NCBI RefSeq assembly: GCF_000485595.1
Contig: NW_014577087.1
Location: 183,394 to 228,729 of the forward strand
Length of the DNA: 45,336 bases
Reading direction: 5' to 3'
Source: Priapulus caudatus
Lineage: Eukaryota
The position numbers and the translations under genes were made by a program. Below the pieces are notes generated by a model. The model searched no databases. It had not been told where the DNA came from and worked only from the letters and a program-made list of their open reading frames with translations. This document shows positions 1 to 11,658 of this stretch, one piece after another (positions within the stretch are counted from its first letter, which is position 1; every line of letters starts with the position of its first letter).

Positions 1-7
1 CTCTACT

Positions 8-66
<59 letters not shown>

Positions 67-125
67 ATCTTTCTCTTTCTCCCTCTCACGCTTTCTCTCT
101 CTCCCTCTATCTCTCTCTCTCTCTT
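1..125. repeat. (CT)n microsatellite, partly degenerate
   Basis: CT dinucleotide run at the window start, read directly. Confidence 0.95.
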
Positions 126-912
126 TCACCGCAAAACGCATGAGGTTGACCGCAGGATGTCACTGCGCATGCGCGTAGTGATTGCGCTAAAACAATAATG
201 ATCATTTAGTATTCTGTAGAAAGCTCTGTCGTTTGTCCGCGGATACGTGCGAACGCAGTCACGGGCGAAATCGATGTGAATTCCTGCTAATGATTAGCGC
301 TCGATGCAAATCAGGAGACTGATGCAAATGAAGCTTATATTTCGCTTCGAGCATGGTCAGTTGTGTTACGGAAAGGGGGGTGTAGTCGACGTGCAGCGTC
401 AGAACCTTACTTACTCTATCATCATATATTATATAGCCCACGATTCGAAGCGCGTGCGTCTGCCACGCTAAACTGTAGAGTTGAAAGGGATATAATTAAA
501 GGGGATAAGAAATTTGTGCGGGTGCACGCGATCACTATCCGTTATGGGAGTGTATCTGGTATACAGAGGCCACTGATGTTCGATCGCATTGAATGTATTG
601 ACAAGATCGGATTCGCTATTCAGGTAGAAATCCTTCGGTGTAATCTCTGACAACGCGTGCACGCGATCAGTATACAATCGCGCATAGATCTAATGCCGGC
701 AGGACGCAGGTAAGATTGTTTCCAACATCTTACTCCAGCGTAAAGCAGATATATGTATAGCTTGTTTTAGTTCGGATAATCGGAGATTCCATGGTTACTA
801 TCGTTATCCAGTGTTATCTATCGAGTACCAGATACTATCGTTATTCTTACGGTAAACCTGCGCGAGAAGAGAATCTTCGTGCGTTTTCCCCTCGAGTCAA
901 TAAGGTGGGAGG

Positions 913-969
913 ATCAAGAGTGAATAATAATAGATTATTATCATAAATCTAATGTTATTCACTCTTGGT
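913..969. mobile_element. Short palindromic element with ATCAAGAGTGAATAA-type ends
   Basis: CAAGAGTGAATAA (915-927) is the exact reverse complement of TTATTCACTCTTG (955-967), and the inner TAGATT/AATCTA also pair. The ends resemble the palindromes at 36313, 42811 and 44555. Confidence 0.5.
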
Positions 970-2085
970 GGGATTATAGGCGACGAGGTGTGATCGAGTC
1001 GTGCTCCTCGGAATTCCAACTGCGTCCTCTTACGTCTCCTCTACTTACGGAGTGTACGACCAACCTAAGAGAGATTTGCTACGGTGTGCCATCTCTTTAT
1101 AGAAACTACGGGCGCAGGTGAGGGCGGAAACCCCGCAGTAGCGCGCGGACGACGCCACTGCCTGCACGGGCTTGAGTCTAGAGCAGACGAATCGTCGAGC
1201 AAGCGCTGGGTGGTAGAGTGGCAGGTGCTCTGCTGGCGTAGGACAGCAAATGCGTCCTTTATGCGGCTCAACACTAATATTGACCGATATTATACGGAGA
1301 GAACTCGTACAGTGCCGTTTCTAGTGGAAGTACAATGCGGCCCGCGCGCTCGGCACATCTGGTAGCGTATTTCAAACTAACTGTTGTCTTCGCGCGTATT
1401 CGGCTGCCTCTCTAGTCTAGCCTCTAGTCCGCCCGTTTGCTATTCGGTCAATAGAGCCGATTGAGCGCAGGTGTCGATTTTAATTTTTTATCGGTGGCTA
1501 TTCTCGATAGCTATTAAATTAATGGGTCGCGATTGCTTGGACACACAGCTTTGTCATAGCGTTCTTTTGTTCCGTAGTCTCGTGCATTCAGATGGGCACG
1601 CCCCAATCATGAGTAATCGTACAATAACAGAAATATGATTCGTCTATATGCGTGTTCTATGGATGTGCCTTCTGGACTCTGTTTGCGGTGGATCAAAACG
1701 CTTCCACATGGCGCCCGCGTTTGCCTGGGTACTTTCGACAGTATATCGTATATTACAGACTCCTCCCCTCAACTTCTCGCTCGTCTTCCCCCTCTTCCTC
1801 CTGTACCACTTTGCTCTTCCTTTGAATAATTATCCCCCATATTACTCCTCTCTTCTCGTCGACTGTCCAGGCTTGCATTCTCGTCGTCCCTACCCTGCAT
1901 CCGCATCCTATCTTTACTGTTCACATCCTGCATATTCAAATGCTTTCCATCGCCTCCCAGCATCAGGTGCAAAAGGAGCCACGAAGAAGTGGAAGTGGAG
2001 TAGGTCAGTGAAAAGGAAGGTCGATATAGACGTGTGTGAGGTTGGGAAAGTAGGGAACTGCAATAGAACGGTGGTGTGATGATGC

Positions 2086-2128
<43 letters not shown>

Positions 2129-2129
2129 C

Positions 2130-2170
<41 letters not shown>

Positions 2171-2171
2171 C

Positions 2172-2210
<39 letters not shown>

Positions 2211-2211
2211 T

Positions 2212-2307
<96 letters not shown>

Positions 2308-2500
2308 NNNNNNNNNNNNNNNNNNNNNNNNNNNNNNNNNNNNNNNNNNNNNNNNNNNNNNNNNNNNNNNNNNNNNNNNNNNNNNNNNNNNNNTGGTAGT
2401 GGTAGTGGTAGTGGTAGTGGTAGTGGTAGTGGTAGTGGTAGTGGTAGCGGTAGAAGTAGAACTATAGTTGTCGTGGTAGTGATAGTGGTAGTGGTGGTAG
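2086..2500. repeat. (TAG)n then (TGGTAG)n microsatellites either side of an N-gap
   Basis: TAG run 2086-2307, N-gap 2308-2393, TGGTAG run 2394-2446 decaying to ~2500. Explains the poly-T/S/V/Y ORFs. Confidence 0.95.
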
Positions 2501-2534
2501 TAGTACTGCTCCGTTCTCTGTCCACGAAATGAGA

Positions 2535-2835
2535 AAGCGTGAGGGTAAGGAACACTCCAGAATATTGAGAAGAAATCACTCCAGATCGTGGGGCGAGGAA
2601 TACTGCAGAGCGTGAGGGAAGGAACACTGCAGAGCGTGGGGGAAGTAACACCCCAGAGCGCGGGGAATGAACACTGCAGAGTGTAAGGGCAGACGCACTG
2701 CAAAGCGTAAGGGAAGGCATACTCCAGGGCGTTATGAAAGGAACACTGCAGAGCATGGGGGAAGGATCACTCCAGAGCGTGGGGAATCAACATTGCAGAG
2801 CGTAAGGGCAGACGCACTGCAGAGCGTGGAAGGGA
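2535..2835. repeat. Diverged ~24-bp minisatellite (AACACTGCAGAGCGTGAGGGAAGG-like)
   Basis: CACTGCAGAGCGT / CACTCCAGAGCG recurs at ~24-bp spacing, about 12 copies. Confidence 0.8.
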
Positions 2836-3544
2836 TACCTCCTCGCCGCATTGTCTCGTACATCAGCGGCGGCGGCGGTTGGGGGGGGGGTGCAGACGTC
2901 GGATACATCCTCGTCACGCGGGGATCGATGGCTTTCCTATTGTCATGTATATGGCGACAGTGTCGCGAGCCCCGCGTCAGCTGCGACGTCGCTACCGGCG
3001 GCGTGTGTGGGCTTATCTGGCGCTGTCACCGACACACTAATTACGCTTATCGGCCCGCGCGCACGCACGTCACCTGTGATTGCGGGCCGCCGCGAGTGCT
3101 TCTCATGCGGCCTGTGATTCTCCGAAATTCTCCAAAAAAAATTCGGTAGGAGCTGGCGAGCGGGATGTGGTGGGTGGGATGGTACCCTAGCGGGCAGAAC
3201 GGCGATGATGTTGAGAGCAGTGAAAGTACACTGACGGATGGAGGGAAGAGCGCGCGCACGGGCAAATAGCTGGACGGACGGGTGAACGGCCGATGAGGGC
3301 GAGGAATCATACATTGAGCGCAGGATGCTGCGTGAACGAGTGGGTGGGAGAACTTGAATATGACAGACGCACGAATATCCACGCATCTTGACACACAAAA
3401 AACAGCAGGTAAATGAACATTCCGAAGATGTGAAGAATTTCTCGCAAATTTTCCACGAGTCTAACCTAACTGCCTTTGCGAAGTGTCTAGCGTGATATTA
3501 GCTGTTGATAAGTGATAAGTGTGATGACCTCTATAGCCATGCAT

Positions 3545-3568
3545 TACACACAAACACACACGCGCGTG

Positions 3569-3620
<52 letters not shown>

Positions 3621-3740
3621 AACACACACGCGCGCGTGAGCATGCGTGCATACACGAACGCACGCGTATAAACACACACACACACACACACACACATACA
3701 TACATACACACACAAACATACGCACGCACGCACGTACGCA
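3545..3740. repeat. (CA)n / (CACG)n microsatellite
   Basis: Read directly. Confidence 0.9.
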
Positions 3741-4743
3741 CAGCATGACAGCCCGTGTCCACCATGACCGCAGCATGACAGCATGTATCTACCATGACCG
3801 CAGCATGACAACATGTGTTCACCATGACCGCAGCATGACAACCCGTTTCCACCATAAACTCAACATGACAGACTGTGTCAACCATGACCGCAGCATGACA
3901 GCCCGGGTCCACCATGACCGCAGCATGACAGCATGAGTCTACCATGACCGCAGTATGACGGCCCGTGTCTACCATGACCTCAGCATGCCAGTCTGTGTCC
4001 ACCATTGCTGCAGCATGACAGCATGTGTCCACCATGACCGCAGCATGACAGCATGTGTTCACCATGACCGCAGCATGACAGCCCGTGTTCACCATGACAC
4101 AGCATGACGGTCTGTGTCCACCATGACCGCAGCACGGCAGTCTGTGTCCACCATGACCACAGCATGACAGCATGCGTCCACCATGACCGCAGCGTGACAA
4201 CCCGTGTCTACAATGACCGCAGCATGACAGCATGAGTCCACCATGACCGCCCCATGACGGTCCGTGTCTGCCATGACCGCAGCATGACAGCCCGTGTCTG
4301 CCATGACCGCAGCATGACAGCATGTGTCTGCCATGACCGCAGCATGACAGCCCGTGTCTGCTATGACCGCAGCATGACAGCATGTGTCTGCCATGACCGC
4401 AGCATGACAACCCGTGTCTGCCATGACCGCAGCATGATAGTGTGTGTCCACCATGACCATAGCATGACATAATGCATCCACCATGACCTCAACATGACAG
4501 CTCATGTCCACCATGACCGCAGCATAACGGTCTGTGTCTACCATGACCGCAGCATGAAAGCCCGTGTCTGCTATGATCGCGGCATGACAGACTGTGTCAA
4601 CCATGACCGCAGCATAACAGTCCGTGTCTATCATGACCGCAGCATGACAGCATGTGTCCACCATGACTGCAGCATAACAGCCCGTGTCCACCATGACCGC
4701 AGCATGACAGCCCGTATCCACCATGACCGCAGTATGACAGCCC
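3741..4743. repeat. 30-bp minisatellite, ~33 copies (CAGCATGACAGCCCGTGTCCACCATGACCG)
   Basis: Strict 30-bp period with two CATGAC motifs per unit; one unit near 4095-4100 is 2 bp short. Confidence 0.97.
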
Positions 4744-5559
4744 CACTGATTTCCCAAGAGTCAAGGAGTCTTACGCAATCACCGAGCATTGTGTGCAATG
4801 TGCGGACCCTCTCAATCGAGCATGTGCCGCATTGTCCAGCCCGGATATTAATGTTTCAAGTGGCGCGCGCTGCCGTGTGTAGCCGGTTGTGGACTAGTAC
4901 TGCCCAGGGGCCAGTACGTGTACACGCGAACGTGGGTTCGAGAGCAGGGAGTCTAGTGCTGAGCTTGTTGGCGGCTGCAATAGCAGAGGAACGCCGCTTC
5001 ATTAAGCTGCGTATACGTCGTCGTGCTGGCGAAGACAATCAACCGACGGACGTCTTTTGATGTGCGAAAACAAAGACGAGCTAGGAGAACACGCGCGCGG
5101 CTTGCCAGTCGTGACCTTGCCGTGTCTATACGGGAGCCAGGAGAATCATAGGCCGCGCACGGAAGAGGAGTTCATTCTGCCCGTATTCCAGCTTTGATGT
5201 TATATTACTTGCTGTTCCTCGCTTTAGCTTCGTACAAACACTTAACACTCTGTAGGCGTGCATGCGTCTTTAACCCTTTCTCTTCACCGTAAAATGCGTT
5301 CGAAATTGCGGTGCGAGCGAATCCTTACGAAACCGAATAAATAACGACGACCGCGCTCCCCAGACTATATCCACCCGCCCTTCCGATCAGAGACTCGACC
5401 ATGCAGAAACATTTACAACATCAACGACAGGCGACGCCGCTGTTGTGACCTTGACGACGCGCCCGCCTCCGTAATGACGGCGGCGCGGCGTCGTTGTGTG
5501 TACGGGTGACGACGTCGGCGGAGCTGGTCGTAAACGCGGGTTTTGCGAGCACTGCGCGC

Positions 5560-5635
5560 GCCGACGTCGTGCCGACGTGGTGCCAGCAGCATGCCGACGT
5601 GGTGCCAGCAGCATGCCGACGTGGTGCCAGCAGCG
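5560..5635. repeat. 22-bp tandem repeat x3 (GCCGACGTGGTGCCAGCAGCAT)
   Basis: Three near-exact copies read directly. Confidence 0.85.
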
Positions 5636-5762
5636 CTATAAACCAGCATCACGCCGTGTGCTGGCGAGCCGACGCTGTCAACGACAAGCGATAAATCCCC
5701 CAGTTTATGTTAAATGCTTATTGAAGAAAAATTACAAGGAAAAATGACAAGCACGCACAAAG

Positions 5763-5763
<1 letters not shown>

Positions 5764-5818
<55 letters not shown>

Positions 5819-6022
5819 TAGTAGTAGTAGTGTGTCGTTCGTACGTACGTATTAGTTAGTTAAGTTAATAGTACTTACGTTACGTTCGTCTCGCGTACGT
5901 ACGTACGTACGCGNCGAACAAGACGAGTAAATAACCCCCTACCGTTTATTAGTTAAGTTAAGTACTTACTTTAGTAAGAAAAAATTAAACGTAAAACGGA
6001 AAAGTAAGAACGACACGACACA

Positions 6023-6054
<32 letters not shown>

Positions 6055-6062
6055 CGTATATA
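5764..6062. other. Two (TA)n runs enclosing a low-quality, noisy copy of the preceding sequence
   Basis: ~5915-6050 is a garbled version of ~5678-5770; CGTACGTA runs and a single N at 5914. Confidence 0.7.
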
Positions 6063-6856
6063 TAGACATAGGCTAATGTGCGTTCTGCGATATTTGGTAA
6101 TAATGAACTGTTTACTCGCTCGCATGTACTCGGCGCGATATTACATGAACGTTCCTATTGAGGGTGGCGAGTCGGTCTAGTGGGGCTTTCACTGCGAATT
6201 TTCGCCATAACGTGACCGAAATGGCGCGACGAAGAATGATGCTGGCTGCAGATAAACGCAGTCGTGAAGCAAGATATTTAACTTTCATCACCTAAGATCT
6301 TCTGCGCGAGAGAAATACGAGTGAGCAAGCTAGCCACTAAACTGAGGGTAATTTTAGCAATGAGAGCCCTAGTGCTCGTAACGATTTATTAAGGGCCATT
6401 AGCGCGTGCTAGTATTACTATCGCCTGTGCGGACGAAGATTTCCAAGTAATTACTAGCTGTCCGTAACGAAGATTAGGATAAAATACGGTATAAAGTTGC
6501 ATATATATAAATAACACAGAATTGTAACATTTACTGCGGCATCACGCCTTGCTTCTTCGTCAGTGTGTGTAATGTTTGACGTAGCATGTTATTGCTATAT
6601 ATGTAGTGTATAGACACCTGCTGGTGAAGCCGTGAAAAGCTCAAGCTGTGCTCCGGTCGCTGCCGATTTGTGAGATTGAGTTTTTCTACTAGTTTACTCC
6701 TCCGCATTGAATGCAATTGTTCGGTTTATCCTCGATATACAGCGCGACGTTTCACACTGCAGCACCAGGGATATCAGGACCGTGTATATGAGAGAATATA
6801 GAACGCAGTGATCGCCTCCTCACCAGAGTTACACGAGCAGAAGCTACACGCCCCGC

Positions 6857-7526
6857 CAGCACTATACAGCACTATAGAGCACTATATACAGCAATACACA
6901 GCACTATATACAGCACTATATACAGCACTATATACAGCAATATATACATAGTGCTGTATATAGTGCTGTATATAGTGCTGTGTATAGTGATGTATATAGT
7001 GATGTATATAGTGCTGTATAGTGCTGTATATAGGGCAGTGTTGTATATAGTGCTGTATAGTGATGTATATAGTGCTGTTATAGTGCTGTATATATTGCTG
7101 TATGTAGTGCTGTATATAGTGCTGTATATAGTGCTGTATATAGTGATGTATATAGTGCTGTATATAGTGCTGTATATAGTGCTGTATATAGTGCTGTATA
7201 TATTTACAGCACTATATACAGCACTATATACAGCACTATATACATCACTATACAGCACTATATACATCACTATACAGCACTATATACAGCAATACACAGC
7301 ACTATATACATCACTATACAGCACTATATAGCACTATATACAGCACTATATACATCACTATACAGCACTATATACAGCAATACACAGCACTATATACATC
7401 ACTATACAGCACTATATACAGCACTATATACAGCACTATATACATCACTATACAGCACTATATAGCACTATATACAGCACTATATACAGCACTATATACA
7501 TCACTATACAGCACTATATAGCACTA
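6857..7526. repeat. 12-bp minisatellite (CAGCACTATATA) with an internally inverted block
   Basis: Forward units 6857-~6946, reverse-complement units (TATATAGTGCTG) ~6948-7202, forward again ~7205-7526 up to the gap. Confidence 0.95.
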
Positions 7527-8439
7527 NNNNNNNNNNNNNNNNNNNNNNNNNNNNNNNNNNNNNNNNNNNNNNNNNNNNNNNNNNNNNNNNNNNNNNNNNN
7601 NNNNNNNNNNNNNNNNNNNNNNNNNNNNNNNNNNNNNNNNNNNNNNNNNNNNNNNNNNNNNNNNNNNNNNNNNNNNNNNNNNNNNNNNNNNNNNNNNNNN
7701 NNNNNNNNNNNNNNNNNNNNNNNNNNNNNNNNNNNNNNNNNNNNNNNNNNNNNNNNNNNNNNNNNNNNNNNNNNNNNNNNNNNNNNNNNNNNNNNNNNNN
7801 NNNNNNNNNNNNNNNNNNNNNNNNNNNNNNNNNNNNNNNNNNNNNNNNNNNNNNNNNNNNNNNNNNNNNNNNNNNNNNNNNNNNNNNNNNNNNNNNNNNN
7901 NNNNNNNNNNNNNNNNNNNNNNNNNNNNNNNNNNNNNNNNNNNNNNNNNNNNNNNNNNNNNNNNNNNNNNNNNNNNNNNNNNNNNNNNNNNNNNNNNNNN
8001 NNNNNNNNNNNNNNNNNNNNNNNNNNNNNNNNNNNNNNNNNNNNNNNNNNNNNNNNNNNNNNNNNNNNNNNNNNNNNNNNNNNNNNNNNNNNNNNNNNNN
8101 NNNNNNNNNNNNNNNNNNNNNNNNNNNNNNNNNNNNNNNNNNNNNNNNNNNNNNNNNNNNNNNNNNNNNNNNNNNNNNNNNNNNNNNNNNNNNNNNNNNN
8201 NNNNNNNNNNNNNNNNNNNNNNNNNNNNNNNNNNNNNNNNNNNNNNNNNNNNNNNNNNNNNNNNNNNNNNNNNNNNNNNNNNNNNNNNNNNNNNNNNNNN
8301 NNNNNNNNNNNNNNNNNNNNNNNNNNNNNNNNNNNNNNNNNNNNNNNNNNNNNNNNNNNNNNNNNNNNNNNNNNNNNNNNNNNNNNNNNNNNNNNNNNNN
8401 NNNNNNNNNNNNNNNNNNNNNNNNNNNNNNNNNNNNNNN
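7527..8439. other. Assembly gap (913 N)
   Basis: Run of N. Other gaps are at 2308-2393, 9189-9198, 14663-14672 and 33723-33732. Confidence 1.
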
Positions 8440-8680
8440 CACCCCACCTCTCACCCCTCACCCTACCTCTCACCCTTCACCCCACCTCTCACCCCACCTC
8501 TCACCCCTCACCCCACCTCTTACCCTTCACCCCACCTCGTTTCACTGTTCGCCCCACATCTCACCACTCGCCGCACCTCTCACCTCTCATCACACCTATC
8601 ATCTCCCACCCCTTCTGTCACCTCTCATCACACCTATCATCTCCCACCCCTTCTGTCACCTCTCATCTCCAACCTCAACT
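8440..8680. repeat. C-rich low-complexity repeats (CACCCCACCTCT-like) plus a 38-bp tandem duplication
   Basis: CACCTCTCATCACACCTATCATCTCCCACCCCTTCTGT occurs twice at ~8581-8656. Confidence 0.8.
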
Positions 8681-9124
8681 CTCTTTCCCTACCAAACGAA
8701 AACCACGAACCGTAGTCTCGTTTCTGGTCTGCACGCATGTATCAGTGCGCGCGTCGATGATTTGGCGCGCATGCATAATTCATCCGCGCTCGTCGAAAAG
8801 CGCTCCCGGATTTATCGCCGTCTTGCTGAGGGCAAATCTACGCCGTCCGTCATTATTTGCATTAACTAACACTTCTCGTGCGGTTTCGTCCTAATTTTCG
8901 ACGCGGCGTCGTATGGCTTGCTGTTCGGCCCCGCACGAACGCTGTTAACAGTGGGCGAGGTCCGGTGAAGTTCCTCCACGCTAACCTGCGCCGCGGTTTA
9001 TCAATGTCCACCGCTTCGTTTGCGTTCACGGACGATTAATCCTCATTTGTTGATTATCCACAAGTAAAATCGTCGGTAGATCGGCTGGCAAATGTCGGAC
9101 AGGAAACCCCATTATGAGAGGCCA

Positions 9125-9126
<2 letters not shown>

Positions 9127-9188
<62 letters not shown>

Positions 9189-9198
9189 NNNNNNNNNN

Positions 9199-9280
<82 letters not shown>
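9127..9280. repeat. (CT)n and (GT)n microsatellites joined by a 10-N gap
   Basis: Read directly. Confidence 0.95.
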
Positions 9281-9284
<4 letters not shown>

Positions 9285-9849
9285 CGGCAATAGTAGCAGA
9301 TTAGTGCGCGGCGCTAAAGGGTGCGTTAATTATTCAGCTTCCAGAACAGAGTTAGCCACTTGAAATAATTTGCGTGCTCACAAAGGGCTCCTGTCACGAA
9401 ACGTTCTGACGCCGCTGTCATTATGGCAGGATCCTTAAAGTTTAGAGCTGCTAAAATCGCAGCATGATTTAATTACGGGCCATTTGTGCACGCCAGAGCG
9501 CCCGCCCAAAATCGAAGCCTGCCGCTCGTCGTTTCGTCGCATGAAAACTGTTAATTGCGCCACTGTGTGTCAGGCGGCGTAGGTGTGAATTCATTAAATA
9601 TGCAGAGCCGCTCTCGCATCGGGCGCGCAATTTTTGTGATTGGATGACGTCAGTGATTTTTTTAAAGTGTACGTTGTTGGTAGCGAAGTTTGAATTCTGC
9701 GTGAATCTCGCGTGAAACCTGCATGTTTACTGCTGAAACCCTCCGTGTAGCCTTATAGAAACCTAGGATATCCACGTGAAAATTGCGCGAGTCCAGCGTG
9801 AAACTCGCGTGAAACCTATTAAATGGCTACATCGGTCCTCATATGACGC

Positions 9850-10595
9850 ACGTGAATAATGCGTGAAACATGCGTGAAAGCTGCGTGTAAACTTAGTGAA
9901 GCGTGCGTGAAACATGCGTGAAACATGCGTGAAACTCGCGTGAAACATGCGTAAAGTCTGGATGAAGCCCGCGGGAAACCTGCGTGAACTCTGCGTGAAA
10001 CATTCGTGACCCTTGCGTGACCCCTGCAAGAAACATGCGTGAACCCTGCGTGAAACATGCGTGAACCCTGCGAGAAACATGCGTGAACCCTGCGAGAAAC
10101 ATGCATGAACCCTGCGTGAAACATGCGTGAACCCTGCGTGAAACATTCGTGAACCCTGCGAGAAACATGCATGAACCCTGCGTGAAACATGCGTGAACCC
10201 TCCGTGAAACATGCGTGAACCCTGCGAGGGTTCACGCATGTTTCTCGCAGGGTTCACGCATGTTTCTCGCAGGGTTCACGCATGTTTCAGGCGTGAAACA
10301 TGCGTGAACCCTGCGAGAAACATGCGTGAACCCTGCGAGAAACATGCGTGAACCCTGCGTGAAACATGCGTGAACCCTGCGTGAAACATGCATGAACCCT
10401 GTGTGAAACATGCGTGAACCCTGCGAGAAACATGCGTGAACCCTGCGTGAAACATGCGTGAACCCTGCGAGAAACATGCGTGAACCCTGCGTGAAACATG
10501 CGTGAACCCTGCGTGAAACATGCGTGAACTCTGCGAGAAACATGCGTGAACCCTGCGAGAAACATGCATGAAGCCCGCGTGAAACATGCGTGAAC
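9850..10595. repeat. 22-bp minisatellite (GTGAAACATGCGTGAACCCTGC, two related 11-mers) with a short inverted block
   Basis: Period of 22 bp, degenerate units from ~9690, reverse-complement units at ~10227-10288. Confidence 0.95.
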
Positions 10596-11045
10596 GTGTA
10601 AATTCGCACCTCTCCTACAGCAATGCGATCCTCGCACGTGAAATGGCGTCGGCTTTAATCAGACGGTCTCCGCTCTCACTGCCGGAAGCAGACTAGTGCA
10701 GCGACGTCCATCGCCGACGAGCAGCTCAGAATCATATTTCTCACGACGCCGCGATAGTCACGACCCCCTGACACACGTATTCTGCAGCGCAGAAACGAAG
10801 TGCCAACGATATTTATTTTTAAAGAACGAAGAGGGAATAAAATACAAGAAGGAAAGAGGGGCGAGCGAGCGAGAGAGGTAGGAAGAAATGATGAAAATGA
10901 CAGAGAGATGGAAAATGGCAGAGAGAAAAGAAAGGATAGTGGGGGTAAGGAAACAAAGAACTGGAGAGAGAGAGAGAGAGAGACAGGGACAGATTAACGG
11001 ATTCAACGGAGGCGAGCGAGAGAAGAGCGAGAAACGATATATACG

Positions 11046-11080
<35 letters not shown>

Positions 11081-11089
11081 ATGTATTGT

Positions 11090-11604
11090 AACACATTATT
11101 CTTTGTGCTGAAGCTTTACAAGTGTCGTACAGAACGTTCTTTTTCTTATTTTCGGCGGATCACGTATTTTACAGCGGTACAAGAGGACGTCGGCGGGGAC
11201 AGTTACGATAAGGTGGCTCTCTCATGGAGACTCATATAGATTATTCTAGTGCAAAACAAATCATTCCGCTTGCGTTCCAGCGTGTAAGGCAGTAAAATCT
11301 CATTAGCGGTAGCTATCCATGCAAACTCCGTGAAACATGGAATAGCTGCTGGATAATAGCGCAAAGAAACAGATGCCGTGTATGTGCCACCCGGGACGGA
11401 TAGTGCTCCATAAAATTACTCTTGATTTGCATGAAAGAAGAGTTGTTTTCACCGGCGCCAGTGGAAATTTATTGGAACCAAGCAAGCTGATCATATTATG
11501 ACATGATGTGTGCTCTACATAATAACCCTCTCTCCGATCTCTCTCTCAACCAATCTCTCTCTCTCGGCGCTATATATATATATATATAAATAGCCTATAA
11601 ATAA

Positions 11605-11658
<54 letters not shown>

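Noticed and set aside
160..176. NRF1-type motif TGCGCATGCGC
   Set aside because: Single motif in a genome where GC/CA-alternating tracts are abundant, with no other promoter support.
1914..2756. Long ORFs with poly-Thr/Tyr/Ser/Val
   Set aside because: They are translations of (TAG)n and an N-gap.
3741..4743. CRISPR-like repeat-spacer appearance
   Set aside because: The units are contiguous 30-bp tandem repeats; the variable parts are short and related to each other rather than unique spacers. Eukaryotic context, no cas genes.
4950..5090. Peptide LLAAAIAEERRFIKLRIRRR...PTDVF, vaguely like a Harbinger nuclease N-terminus
   Set aside because: It stops immediately, with no DDE domain or TIRs; the resemblance is too weak.
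7504..8473. ORFs of more than 300 aa
   Set aside because: Almost entirely N.
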